A stretch of 64,000 nt of DNA. Source: Spirochaetota bacterium. Its GTDB lineage: Bacteria; Spirochaetota; UBA6919; CBDBPB01. How positions within the stretch are numbered: position 1 is the stretch's first letter; each line of letters begins with the position of its first letter. The stretch covers positions 32,001 through 96,000 of the forward strand of contig CBDBPB010000008.1 in the NCBI GenBank assembly GCA_965208615.1. The letters run 5' to 3'. The notes beneath the pieces are model-generated. The model had not been told where the DNA came from. It made no database searches and saw only the letters and a program-made list of their open reading frames with translations. Position numbers and translations under genes: made by a program. Of this stretch, positions 10,965-21,133 are shown piece after piece.

Positions 10965-11807
10965 TTAAATTATAAGTAATAACTCTCTAACAACTTTTGC
11001 CGAAATTATACTCGATGCCTTAGATAAGTCATAATCAGGGGATAGCTCTACTACATCGCATCCTACAACATTTTTATTTTTTAATAAATAAATAGCATTT
11101 ATTAACTCCATAAAGGATATGCCTCCTGGTTCAGGAGTCCCTGTACCAGGTAATACCGACGGATCAAGTATATCTAAATCGAGGGTAAGGTAGATTGGAA
11201 CACTATTAGGTATAGCTTTTATAACTTTTTCCATCTTATTTAGGTTAAAGGGATAAAAGGTCTTTTTTCTTTGTCCAAAAGCAAACTCATCTTTTGTACC
11301 ACTCCTCATACCAAAATGATAAATAGTATTTATAGAGTTAATTTCATGTATCCGTCTTAACACTGTAGCGTGGGAGTGCTTTTCACCAAGATAGTTATCT
11401 CTTAAGTCGCAGTGAGCATCAATATGAACTACTACTAAATCGGAATAACATTTAGCATATTTAGTTATAATGGGATAGCTTATAAGATGCTCTCCACCAA
11501 GGGATAAAACCTTCTTACCCTTTTGTAAAAGGTCATTTACCCTAAAACCAATAGTATTAAGTATTTTATGCTTATCCCCAAAAGGCAGGTCTAAATTACC
11601 CAAATCACAAATAGCCTTATCCATAAGATCAAGATCAAGATAAGGTGAATAGCTCTCTAGTACGTCAGATACCCCCCTTATAGAAGATGGAGCAAACCTT
11701 GAACCTGGTCTGTAAGAGGAAGTCCCATCATAAGGACAACCTAAAATAATTATATCAGCCTCTTCAATGGGCCTAGTACAGGTAATAAAATGTGATTGGT
11801 TAGCCAT
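10965..11807 (-). CDS. speB: Agmatinase
   Basis: GGEHLIS, DAHCD, DLDILDP, GTGTPEPGG ureohydrolase motifs. Confidence 0.92.
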   Translation of the reverse strand: MANQSHFITCTRPIEEADIIILGCPYDGTSSYRPGSRFAPSSIRGVSDVLESYSPYLDLDLMDKAICDLGNLDLPFGDKHKILNTIGFRVNDLLQKGKKVLSLGGEHLISYPIITKYAKCYSDLVVVHIDAHCDLRDNYLGEKHSHATVLRRIHEINSINTIYHFGMRSGTKDEFAFGQRKKTFYPFNLNKMEKVIKAIPNSVPIYLTLDLDILDPSVLPGTGTPEPGGISFMELINAIYLLKNKNVVGCDVVELSPDYDLSKASSIISAKVVRELLLII

Positions 11808-11842
11808 ATGGCATCCCTTTTTAAGGCTTAAAAGATAACCTG

Positions 11843-13138
11843 TTAAGAAAGACCATAAAACTTAGGAAAAATAACAATGGACGCCAATACCAAAAATTGT
11901 ATTACTATAAACATGGTAACCCCTTTATAAATCTGGGTAGTCTTAACATTATCAGGAGCAACCCCCTTTAAGTAAAATAGACTAAATCCAAACGGTGGAG
12001 TTAAAAAAGACGTTTGTAAGTTCATAGCAATTAAAATACCAAACCATAACATGTTTATATCAAGAGCTAAAGCAATAGGATACAATATAGGAACAACAAT
12101 ATATGATATTTCAATAAAATCAACAAAGAATCCCAAAAGCATTATTATAATCATAGAAAAAATAATAAATCCCCACTTTTCGCCTGGTAAAGCTAATAAT
12201 AAATCCTTAACAAGATCATGACCACCAGACTTAGTAAATACTAAAGAAAAAGCAGTAGCACCAACTAAAATAGCAAATACCATACCAGTAATCTTAACAG
12301 TGTCAAGAGCCGTCTCTTTTAACATCTTAAATGAAAACTCCCTATAGAAAAAAGACAAAATAATAGCTCCAACACCACCAACAGCAGCTGACTCAGTAGG
12401 GGTAGCAATACCAGCAAATATAGAACCCAAAACTATAATAATTAAAACTAAAGGAGGTACAATAGCCTTTAATGACTTTATAATAACTACCTTAGTAGTA
12501 TGACTAGTTACGATAGGAGGAGCGTAGTCCTTATTGATATAGGATATTATGACTATATATATAATATATACTATAATTAATAATCCACCAGGTAATACTG
12601 CGGCTTTAAATAGGTCTCCCACTGGTTGGTTAAGAACATCACCCAAAATAATTAGTATAATAGAAGGTGGTATTATTTGACCAAGAGTACCTGAGGCACA
12701 AATAGTCCCACATGCAAGCTCGGTATTATATTTATTTTTTAACATAACAGGTAAGGCAATAATTCCCATAGCTACAACGCTAGCTCCAACCACTCCAGTA
12801 GTAGCGGCTAATAAAGCTCCCACTAATATAGCTGAGATAGCAATACCACCTCTTATAGGACCAAAAAGACTACCCATAGACTCTAATAAACGTTCTGCCA
12901 TCTTTGTTTTTTGTAAAACAATGCCCATAAAAATAAACAAGGGTATTGCCATTAATATCTTGTTCTGCATTAGGCTTTCGTCAATTCTATATGGCATAAG
13001 TGAAAATAAACTAATACTGTCCTCAAGGCCAAATATTATAAACCCAGATAATAAAGCAACCCCAGCAAAAGTGAATGCCACAGGAAAACCAGCCATAAGT
13101 AATATCAAAACAAGTAAAAACATAATTAAACCATACAT
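11843..13138 (-). CDS. dctM: TRAP transporter large permease
   Basis: AIPLFIFMG, GTLGQIIPPS, ATPTESAA, QTSFLTPPFG. Confidence 0.93.
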   Translation of the reverse strand: MYGLIMFLLVLILLMAGFPVAFTFAGVALLSGFIIFGLEDSISLFSLMPYRIDESLMQNKILMAIPLFIFMGIVLQKTKMAERLLESMGSLFGPIRGGIAISAILVGALLAATTGVVGASVVAMGIIALPVMLKNKYNTELACGTICASGTLGQIIPPSIILIILGDVLNQPVGDLFKAAVLPGGLLIIVYIIYIVIISYINKDYAPPIVTSHTTKVVIIKSLKAIVPPLVLIIIVLGSIFAGIATPTESAAVGGVGAIILSFFYREFSFKMLKETALDTVKITGMVFAILVGATAFSLVFTKSGGHDLVKDLLLALPGEKWGFIIFSMIIIMLLGFFVDFIEISYIVVPILYPIALALDINMLWFGILIAMNLQTSFLTPPFGFSLFYLKGVAPDNVKTTQIYKGVTMFIVIQFLVLASIVIFPKFYGLS

Positions 13139-13201
13139 ATAATCTCCTATGGGCTTTTGTTAGTATATTAAAATACTATCAAAACTAAACTATGATAAGG
13201 A

Positions 13202-13711
13202 TTACTTCCCTTTGCTAGTCAAGAGAACTCTTAAGCTTCTTAGTGTAAAACCTATTGACGAAAGAATAAGAAATCCAAAAGATAAAACAATAGAGCCCTT
13301 TATTATAAATCTATATGGTAGTCCACCAGGATCACCACTCTCCTCATTTATATTAAAAGAATCTATTGTATAGCTCCAAGAGCCAATTAGAACAGCTATA
13401 CAAAAAGGTATTATGAAAATAGTGATACCTAAAATGTTTAATATGGCTTTTTTCTTAGGGCTAAACTTCTCATATAACATATCTACACGAACATGGCCAT
13501 CCTCCTTTAGAGTATAAGCAATCCCTAATAAGAATACCAGTGAAAATAAATGCCATTCTAACTCCTGCATACCAATTGAGCTGTCATTAAGCACATATCT
13601 CATTATAACATCATAAAAAACATTTAAAAGTAATAATATCATCAAAACAACACATATTAACCCTAATATATCAATTGTTTTATTAATTATTTTTTCTAAA
13701 GTTATAAGCAT
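13202..13711 (-). CDS. dctQ: TRAP transporter small permease
   Basis: DVIMRY, QELEWHL, HVRVD, four TM helices. Confidence 0.9.
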   Translation of the reverse strand: MLITLEKIINKTIDILGLICVVLMILLLLNVFYDVIMRYVLNDSSIGMQELEWHLFSLVFLLGIAYTLKEDGHVRVDMLYEKFSPKKKAILNILGITIFIIPFCIAVLIGSWSYTIDSFNINEESGDPGGLPYRFIIKGSIVLSFGFLILSSIGFTLRSLRVLLTSKGK

Positions 13712-13769
13712 AACTAGTCTCCAAACTATATGGCACTAAGCCTAGTGTCTTAACCAGGCTTAGTAAGTA

Positions 13770-14873
13770 TTAATTACCTTTTAGGTATGCATAGTCAGAA
13801 ATCTCTGTCCACTTTCTAACCTTTTTTAGATAAGCTTGCTTGCTATCAATAATCTTCTTTCCCATAGGGTCTTTAGCAGCATGCTCTTTTAATAACTGTT
13901 TGGTTACCTCTTTAAGCTTTGCTATAATATCAGGAGAAAAAGTTTTTATCTTAACATTTGGATAGTCTTTTTTAATCTTTTCCCAATTAATGCCGTTTTC
14001 ATGCATAGACTGAGATAACATATCATAAGCAGATAGTCTAACCGCTGTTATTAATATTTGCTGTAAGTCAGCTGGTAACTTATCAAAAGCCTTTTTATTG
14101 ATTAAAAACTGAAGTTCAGTTGCAGGCTCATGCCACCCTGTATAATAATAATTAGCAATCTTGTGAAAACCCATAGGTAAGTCATGTGCAGGTCCAACCC
14201 ACTCAAGAGCATCAATTACACCCCTATCAAGAGCTTGATATAACTCACCAGGAGGTATGTTAACAGTCTTTGCACCAATTTTACTAAGTACTTCTCCAGC
14301 AAAACCCGGTATTCTCATTTTAACGTTTTTAAAGTCTTCAAGGGTATTAATCTCTTTTTTAAACCATCCTCCTGGTTGATTACCAGTATTACCACCAGGA
14401 TAAGATAAAAGACCGTGTTTTGAATAAAGCTCTTTCATTAACTCCATACCTCCACCATAATAAAACCACGCATACTGCTCTATGGCTATCATACCAAAAG
14501 GTACAGTTGTGAAAAATAGAGTATTAAAGTCTTTTCCTTTCCAATAATATGATGCGGCATGACCCATTTGATAGTTACCACTTTTTACAAAGTCAAAAAT
14601 ACCAAAAGGTGCCTTGTGTATGTTAGAAGGGTCAATATCTATTATTAGTCTGCCGTTAGACATACTTTTAACCATCTTTGCCATATTCTTTGGTATATCA
14701 CTAAATATTGGAAAGTTGGCCCCCCATGTTTGAGCAAGCTTCCATTTATATACTTTTTGATTAGTCTTTTGATTGTCCATAGCCTTAATGGAACTAGGCT
14801 TAGCACAAGCTATAAAAAACATACAAATAAAAAGTGATATTATTATACTTTTTACCACTCTTTCTTTATTCAT
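13770..14873 (-). CDS. dctP: TRAP substrate-binding lipoprotein (TakP-like, 2-oxoacid/monocarboxylate)
   Basis: Lipobox FIAC, YYWKGK, GNTGNQPGGWF, KMRIPG, EWVGP, GWHEP. Confidence 0.9.
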   Translation of the reverse strand: MNKERVVKSIIISLFICMFFIACAKPSSIKAMDNQKTNQKVYKWKLAQTWGANFPIFSDIPKNMAKMVKSMSNGRLIIDIDPSNIHKAPFGIFDFVKSGNYQMGHAASYYWKGKDFNTLFFTTVPFGMIAIEQYAWFYYGGGMELMKELYSKHGLLSYPGGNTGNQPGGWFKKEINTLEDFKNVKMRIPGFAGEVLSKIGAKTVNIPPGELYQALDRGVIDALEWVGPAHDLPMGFHKIANYYYTGWHEPATELQFLINKKAFDKLPADLQQILITAVRLSAYDMLSQSMHENGINWEKIKKDYPNVKIKTFSPDIIAKLKEVTKQLLKEHAAKDPMGKKIIDSKQAYLKKVRKWTEISDYAYLKGN

Positions 14874-15011
14874 CTAACTTCTCCTTAAAATACTTATTTT
14901 TTGAATTATCTTAATGATAAAAAATATACTAATATTTATTTTTTAATGTAAAAAAAAACTTTTTTATTTATCTTCTAACTTTTTGCAATAAAGGTTCTTA
15001 TATAATGGCAT

Positions 15012-15042
15012 AAAAAAAGAGAAGCCTTATTAGACTTCTCTT
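15012..15042 (-). terminator. Intrinsic terminator of beta-helix gene 2
   Basis: Minus-strand AAGAGAAGUC-loop-GGCUUCUCUUUUUUU. Confidence 0.75.
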
Positions 15043-15086
15043 AATCCACTTACAAAGCTAATGCTATGTAAATATACTTATTCAGT

Positions 15087-17249
15087 TTAAGATCGAGTTA
15101 ACTCAAGGTCTGACTGTACATAGCCAAAATCTGACGGAAAACAAACCTTACATTCATTGATCTTAATAACCTTTTTATTCATATCATCACCTGTTTCATA
15201 GATAGGAGTACCTATTATTTTTGTGTTATACCTAAAGCTCAAAATAGCCCCACCTTCGCCTAGTTGACTCTTAGCAATGCTACCAGCAATGTTTTTCTTA
15301 AAGCTAACATTTGTTAAAAACGTTAGAGTACCTTCAACATTACGCATTCCCCCTCCCCAAGCAGCCATATTACTATTAAAACTAACATTTTTTAATGTTG
15401 AGGTACACTTCCAATTATCCATTCCCCCTCCATGATAAGCCTCATTACTATTAAAATTAACATTTGTTAATGTTAGAGTGCTGTTATAACTACTCATACC
15501 TCCTCCATTACCATCATAATAAGCCTTATTACTATTAAAATTAACATTTGTTAACGTTATAGTGACACCAATATTATACATTCCCCCACCATTAGCATCA
15601 TTAACCTTATTGCTATTAAAATTAACTTTTGTTAACGTTATAGTTCCACCAGTATTATACATTCCTCCTCCCCAATCAGCCGAGTTTTCACTAAACATAA
15701 CATCTTCTAACTTTGGAGATGCATGCAGATTATTTATTCCCCCTCCCTTAGAAGCCGTATTACTAGTAAAGCTAATGTTTTTTAAGATAGGGCTACTATT
15801 ATGATTATACATTCCCCCTCCCCAATCAGCCGAGTTTTCACTAAACATAACATCTTCTAACTTTGGAGATGCATGCAGATTATTTATTCCCCCTCCCTTA
15901 GAAGCCGTATTACTAGTAAAGCTAATGTTTTTTAAGATAGGGCTACTATTATGATTATACATCCCTCCTCCATTACCATTAGCCGTATTACTAGTAAAGG
16001 TCAGATTATTTAACGTTGGAGAGCTATTATAACTATACATTGCCCCACCATTACCATTAGCCGTATTACTAGTAAAGGTCAGATTATTTAACGTTGGAGA
16101 GCTATTATAACTATACATTCCCCCACCATCACCATTAGCCGTATTACTAGTAAAACTAACATTATTTAACTTAGGCGAGCTATTATGATTATACATTCCC
16201 CCACCATTTTTATTAGCCATATTACTCTTAAACCTAGAGCTTTCTATCTTTAGAGAGCTATTATTGTTAATCATTCCCCCTCCTCCAAGCTTAGCCATAT
16301 TACTATTAAAACTAATGTTTGCTAATATAAGACTACTATTATAATTATACATCCCCCCTCCATAAAGGCTAACAGTATTATTAGTAAAAACACAGTCTAT
16401 TAACCTTGTAGTGCTATACTTATTATACATTGCCCCACCATTTCTATCAGCCGTATTATCATCAAACTTACAGTTGACTAACATAGGGCTACTTTTATCC
16501 GCATTAAACATCGCCCCACCACTATCACTAGCTTTGTTATTTTTAAAGTTAACCCTAATTAAAGTGGGTTTGCTATTACTATTATACATTGCCCCACCGT
16601 ATTTTGTTGCCTCATTATTGTTAAAGTTAACGCTTATTAAACTTGGAGAACTATTAACATTATACATCCCCCCACCACTATCTTTAGTACCATCAGCCTT
16701 ACCCTTAGTAATTGTAACATACTTTAACTTTGCCGTTTTATTTAAGTCTTTATTATAAAAAACATTAAAAACCCTTGTATTACCAATATCACCAGTTAAA
16801 ATAGTCTTAGTAGGGTTTTTATCACGCTTATCACCATCAGCGGTATATCCGCCAAGAACAACTACACCATTCCTTAGTGAAAAGTGCTTATTACGTTCAC
16901 CACTACCACCATTAGGCCAACTAGTAGGCCTATAAGTACCTTTAGCAACATATACTATTTTTCCATACTTTTTAGCAGTATCAATAGCCTTTTGAAGATC
17001 GTTAAAAGCACTAAGCCAACTCTTACCATCTCCACCAGCTTTAGCATTAGCCCTTACATGAACTCCCCATCGTATATAACCCTTTACCTCAGTAGCTGAA
17101 GAGCTAAGCTTTGCACTTTTTATAGTGCTATTATGCTTATTACCCAAAGCATTATCAATCGCATTATTGTCTCCACAGCTAGCTATAAAAAGAAAACTAA
17201 CTGATAAAACCATTACTAAAACTCTTAAGTAACATTTAGTTAATAACAT
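15087..17249 (-). CDS. Pmp-like parallel beta-helix lipoprotein (paralog 2, 18 repeats)
   Basis: Likely start ATG 17249 after AGGGGG, lipobox FIASC, VYVAKGTYRP, 18 GG(A/G)(M/I) repeats, C-terminal YVQSDLE. Confidence 0.8.
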   Translation of the reverse strand: MLLTKCYLRVLVMVLSVSFLFIASCGDNNAIDNALGNKHNSTIKSAKLSSSATEVKGYIRWGVHVRANAKAGGDGKSWLSAFNDLQKAIDTAKKYGKIVYVAKGTYRPTSWPNGGSGERNKHFSLRNGVVVLGGYTADGDKRDKNPTKTILTGDIGNTRVFNVFYNKDLNKTAKLKYVTITKGKADGTKDSGGGMYNVNSSPSLISVNFNNNEATKYGGAMYNSNSKPTLIRVNFKNNKASDSGGAMFNADKSSPMLVNCKFDDNTADRNGGAMYNKYSTTRLIDCVFTNNTVSLYGGGMYNYNSSLILANISFNSNMAKLGGGGMINNNSSLKIESSRFKSNMANKNGGGMYNHNSSPKLNNVSFTSNTANGDGGGMYSYNSSPTLNNLTFTSNTANGNGGAMYSYNSSPTLNNLTFTSNTANGNGGGMYNHNSSPILKNISFTSNTASKGGGINNLHASPKLEDVMFSENSADWGGGMYNHNSSPILKNISFTSNTASKGGGINNLHASPKLEDVMFSENSADWGGGMYNTGGTITLTKVNFNSNKVNDANGGGMYNIGVTITLTNVNFNSNKAYYDGNGGGMSSYNSTLTLTNVNFNSNEAYHGGGMDNWKCTSTLKNVSFNSNMAAWGGGMRNVEGTLTFLTNVSFKKNIAGSIAKSQLGEGGAILSFRYNTKIIGTPIYETGDDMNKKVIKINECKVCFPSDFGYVQSDLELTRS
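15655..15960. repeat. Near-perfect 150-bp tandem duplication inside paralog 2
   Basis: 50-aa block GGGMYNHNSSPILKNISF...SENSADW occurs twice with near-identical DNA. Confidence 0.9.
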
Positions 17250-17440
17250 AAAATCCCCCTTTATAATAATTTTATTATAAATAATTGTATTGTTTTGTCT
17301 ATAAATAGATAGGGTTAATATAATGCTAAAATGGAAAATAACTAAGCTAATTATAACTTTTTTTTTATAAAAAAAATGCTTTATCAAAACAAAATATGTT
17401 TAGCTTAAAATATGGGAATAGCCTATTCAGCGTATATAAC

Positions 17441-17469
17441 TTGACTCTTTTATAAATTAGTATTACATT
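17441..17469 (+). promoter_or_regulatory. Putative sigma70 promoter of nadE
   Basis: TTGACT-N17-TACATT ending 8 nt before the ATG. Confidence 0.5.
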
Positions 17470-17477
17470 AAACCAAC

Positions 17478-19187
17478 ATGAATAAGCTTATAAAAGTCGG
17501 ACTCGGTCAAGTTAATCCCACCATAGCAGACGTTGTTGGTAATACAGAAAAAGTCATAGAGTATTTAATAAAAGGCAAAGATCAAAACCTTGATATACTC
17601 GCCTTTCCTGAATTAGTTACCATTGGATATCCTGCTCAAGACCTGCTCTTTAGGCCAGAGATTATAGAAGCTAACATAACCGCCCTTAATAAAATCGCAC
17701 CCCATACAAAAGACTATATGGCTGTGGTTTTGGGATACTGTCAACCGGCTTATGATAAGTCCAAATGGCGGATAGATAGACAACATCTTTATAACGCCTA
17801 TTGCGTTTTTAGCTACGGACAAATAATCGGCAGAGGCTTTAAAATATGCTTGCCAGCCTATGGCGTATTCGATGACTTTAGATACTTTATACCCGGTAAA
17901 CAAGTAAATATATTTGAGGTTAATAATATTAAGTTTGGCGTTGAGATATGCGAAGACCTTTGGTACAAAAATGATGACGATGACCATCCAATATATCCCT
18001 GTAGGCCTACTAAAACTATAGCCAATAAAGGGGCTGACCTTATATTAGTACTAAATGCATCCCCTTATCACGTTGGGAAAGAACTACATAAAGAAAATAT
18101 GATAAGAGAACAGGCAAATAAAAATAGTATACCCATATTCTACGTTAATATGTGGGGCGGTAATGATAAAATAATATTCGATGGTAACAGTATGGCCTCA
18201 GATAAACACGGTAATATATTTGCAAGAGCTAAATCCTTTAACGATGACCTCCTAATATGCGAACTTAATATAAAAACCAAAACTTCAAAACATATACCTG
18301 CTAAACTATGTTCTAAAGAAGAGAGTATATATAATGCCCTTATAACCGGTAAAAGGGACTATCATAAAAAATGCTCCATTATGAAATCAGTAGTAGGCAT
18401 ATCAGGAGGGATAGACTCAGCAACAGTATTAGCCATAGACGTAAAAGCCCTTGGTAAAAATAATGTTTTGGCAATAATAAGTCCATCAAGATATTCGTCA
18501 AAAGAGTCCTTCGATGACGCTGTTAGACTATGTAAAAACTTTGAAGTTAAATATTTAGTAATCCCAATAGAAGAAAATGATAATAATCAATGGATAGGTG
18601 CAATCCCTGAAAAATATAAACGCTATATAAAATACTTTGATAAACCCACTAATAACGTTGTATTCGAAAACATACAGGCCATAGATAGAATGAGTATATT
18701 AAGAGCCATTGCCAATGAGGAAAATAGACTAATATCAGGCACAGGTAATAAATCAGAACTGGCTATGGGATATGCAACCATATGTGGTGACCTTCAAGCG
18801 GATATATTGGTAATAGGTGATCTGTATAAACAGCAGGTCTTTGCTCTAGCAAAGTATATAAACGCTTTATACAAAAAGGATATGATCCCCAAAACTATTA
18901 TAGAAAGAATACCATCAGCTGAACTTAGCAAAAACCAGATAGACCCATTCGATTATAAACAAATAGATGAGATAATACGTCTCAAAATAGAGGAGTATAT
19001 ACCCGATAGTCAAGTTATAGAAAAGTCGTCTATCCCCCTTACAAACGAGGAAGTACAAAAATACTCCCGCCTTATTGACCTTAACGAACATAAACGATTT
19101 AAATCTGGATATATATTAAAAATAAGCCCAGTTGCCTTTGGCGAAGATAGACGAATTAATACCGCTAAAAAGGTAAATCTATGGTAA
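17478..19187 (+). CDS. nadE: Glutamine-dependent NAD+ synthetase
   Basis: Nitrilase triad FPEL / K / EICEDLW plus SGGIDS, ENIQA, TGNKSE, PSAEL. Confidence 0.93.
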   Translation: MNKLIKVGLGQVNPTIADVVGNTEKVIEYLIKGKDQNLDILAFPELVTIGYPAQDLLFRPEIIEANITALNKIAPHTKDYMAVVLGYCQPAYDKSKWRIDRQHLYNAYCVFSYGQIIGRGFKICLPAYGVFDDFRYFIPGKQVNIFEVNNIKFGVEICEDLWYKNDDDDHPIYPCRPTKTIANKGADLILVLNASPYHVGKELHKENMIREQANKNSIPIFYVNMWGGNDKIIFDGNSMASDKHGNIFARAKSFNDDLLICELNIKTKTSKHIPAKLCSKEESIYNALITGKRDYHKKCSIMKSVVGISGGIDSATVLAIDVKALGKNNVLAIISPSRYSSKESFDDAVRLCKNFEVKYLVIPIEENDNNQWIGAIPEKYKRYIKYFDKPTNNVVFENIQAIDRMSILRAIANEENRLISGTGNKSELAMGYATICGDLQADILVIGDLYKQQVFALAKYINALYKKDMIPKTIIERIPSAELSKNQIDPFDYKQIDEIIRLKIEEYIPDSQVIEKSSIPLTNEEVQKYSRLIDLNEHKRFKSGYILKISPVAFGEDRRINTAKKVNLW

Positions 19188-19254
19188 AATTATTGTCGTA
19201 AGCAAAAAATAAGTAAAAGAACTTAGACTTTACTTACAACTAAAATTGATAGTA

Positions 19255-19866
19255 TTAACTGCTTTCTTCTTTTTTAGTAAGCTCACCATAAATATAAGAC
19301 ATTACTGCAATATTTATAGAAAATAAACCTAAATAGCCAATAAAGCCAATTAATCCAGCTAAAGTGATAGATAGAAGACTAAAAACCCCTGCTAATATAC
19401 CTATCACTATGATACCCACTAAGGATACTAAAAGTAGACTTAAAAAGATTGTCCACTTTTTACCGTAAGTAAGCTTATTACTAAGAGTCATAGCCTCAAT
19501 AGGGTTTATATTTCTATCAACTAAAAGTGGTAGGGATAATAACCAAGCTATGGCAATTACATAACCAGGTATAATAAAAAACATAAATCCACAAACAATC
19601 CCAGCCACCATTAATCCCCATAATAGGAATATCTCACCCATATTTTTTCTGTACTTAGCGTCAAATATCTCAATAGGAGATATTATGTTACCCTTGCTAA
19701 GCTCAACTATTAACCCACCAAATATTGCTATGGTAGTTCCTATATTGATATAGGGTATCCAGATGGTTAATAGCCATAAAACAATTGCACCTATAATAGA
19801 TGGAGCATTCTTTAAACCTAATTTAATCGAGTTGATAATTATCCCATTAACTGTTAATTCATTCAT
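19255..19866 (-). CDS. Integral membrane hypothetical protein
   Basis: Multiple TM helices; FIIPG and AMTLSNKLTYGKKW pattern. Confidence 0.75.
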   Translation of the reverse strand: MNELTVNGIIINSIKLGLKNAPSIIGAIVLWLLTIWIPYINIGTTIAIFGGLIVELSKGNIISPIEIFDAKYRKNMGEIFLLWGLMVAGIVCGFMFFIIPGYVIAIAWLLSLPLLVDRNINPIEAMTLSNKLTYGKKWTIFLSLLLVSLVGIIVIGILAGVFSLLSITLAGLIGFIGYLGLFSINIAVMSYIYGELTKKEESS

Positions 19867-20219
19867 ATTCTTTCTCCTATTAGAACAAATAATTGATTAA
19901 TAATTATGTATCTAATTTAATAACTTTTCAGCCACATGACTAATACTTTTTATTAATACCGAGTTAAATAATTATAAAATAGAATTGTATTCAAATCACA
20001 TTAATTATAACTATATTAATTTATTCATATTAATATAATCAGCTATAACTTCTGTCCTGCCTATATAATAAACGATATTGCATATATATTCACTTTATTT
20101 GACCATAAGTTAATTTTTATTTAAATTTTTAATATTACTATATATTTTAATTTTGTATAATATATAACAAATAAGTATTTACTAAGAGCGTACTTTATGA
20201 CAAAAATAAGGAGATTTAA

Positions 20220-21044
20220 TTGATTAATTGGTTAAAAAAAGTTGGTATACGAGATTTAACTTTACTAAAAGAAAAAAAGTTTTTATTAATTGCAGGACCC
20301 AATATTATTGAGACTCCTGAGCTAACTGAACAACTTGCTAAAAAGCTAGTGGAAATTACTGATAAACTTAAGGTTCCTTTTATTTTCAAAGCTTCTTATC
20401 CCAAAGCTGATCAATATAATGAGGGTCAAGAGCTAAGCTTTAAAACCGGACTTGCTATTCTAGACCATATTAGAAAAACATATAATATACCAATTATGTC
20501 TGACGTTCATTGTTTAGAAGAGGTAAAAAAGGCTAAAAGCGTACTGGACTTCATTGGAATACCTGGTCATATGTCTAGGCAAAGTAATTTCCTTATTGAG
20601 GCGGCTAGAACTAATAAAGTTATAAACATTAAAAAAGGACAATTTTTATCTCCAGAAGATATGAAGATTACAATTGAAAAGATTAGATCCACTGGAAACA
20701 CAAAATCCTTGATCACTGAAAGGGGAACTTTTTTCGGATACAATAAATTAGTTAATGATTTTTCTGGTATCCAAACAATGAAGCAGTATGCTCCGGTGAT
20801 ATACGATGCCAGTCATAGTACTTTATCAAAAAATAGGCATAGTGAAAAATATTTAATACCATACCTTGCAAGGGCGGCTGTTGCCGCAGGTGCAGTGGGT
20901 TTATACATAGATGTTCATACTGATTCTGATAAAAAAAGTTATAAAAATTCATTTCCTTTATCAAAGGTTGATTTAATATTAAAAGATTTATTAGAGATTC
21001 ATCATCTTGTTAACAGCCTCCACAAGTGGGATGAGGTATTATAA
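20220..21044 (+). CDS. KdsA (KDO8P synthase)-like protein with degenerate active-site motifs
   Basis: IAGPNIIE, FKASY, SDVH, NIKKGQF, ERGTFFGYN and DASHS are retained, but KANRS reads KADQY. Confidence 0.75.
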   Translation: MINWLKKVGIRDLTLLKEKKFLLIAGPNIIETPELTEQLAKKLVEITDKLKVPFIFKASYPKADQYNEGQELSFKTGLAILDHIRKTYNIPIMSDVHCLEEVKKAKSVLDFIGIPGHMSRQSNFLIEAARTNKVINIKKGQFLSPEDMKITIEKIRSTGNTKSLITERGTFFGYNKLVNDFSGIQTMKQYAPVIYDASHSTLSKNRHSEKYLIPYLARAAVAAGAVGLYIDVHTDSDKKSYKNSFPLSKVDLILKDLLEIHHLVNSLHKWDEVL

Positions 21045-21133
21045 GACCATTTTAAATAGGCTATAGTAGAGGAAAAAATATTAAAGTTTACTTTTATATA
21101 ATTTGTTATATATCATTATAGTAAGGGTATTTT

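Noticed and set aside
17250-17387. 46-aa N-terminal extension of paralog 2 in the ORF track
   Set aside because: ATG at 17249 has an RBS and gives a proper lipoprotein signal; the extension is AT-rich spacer.
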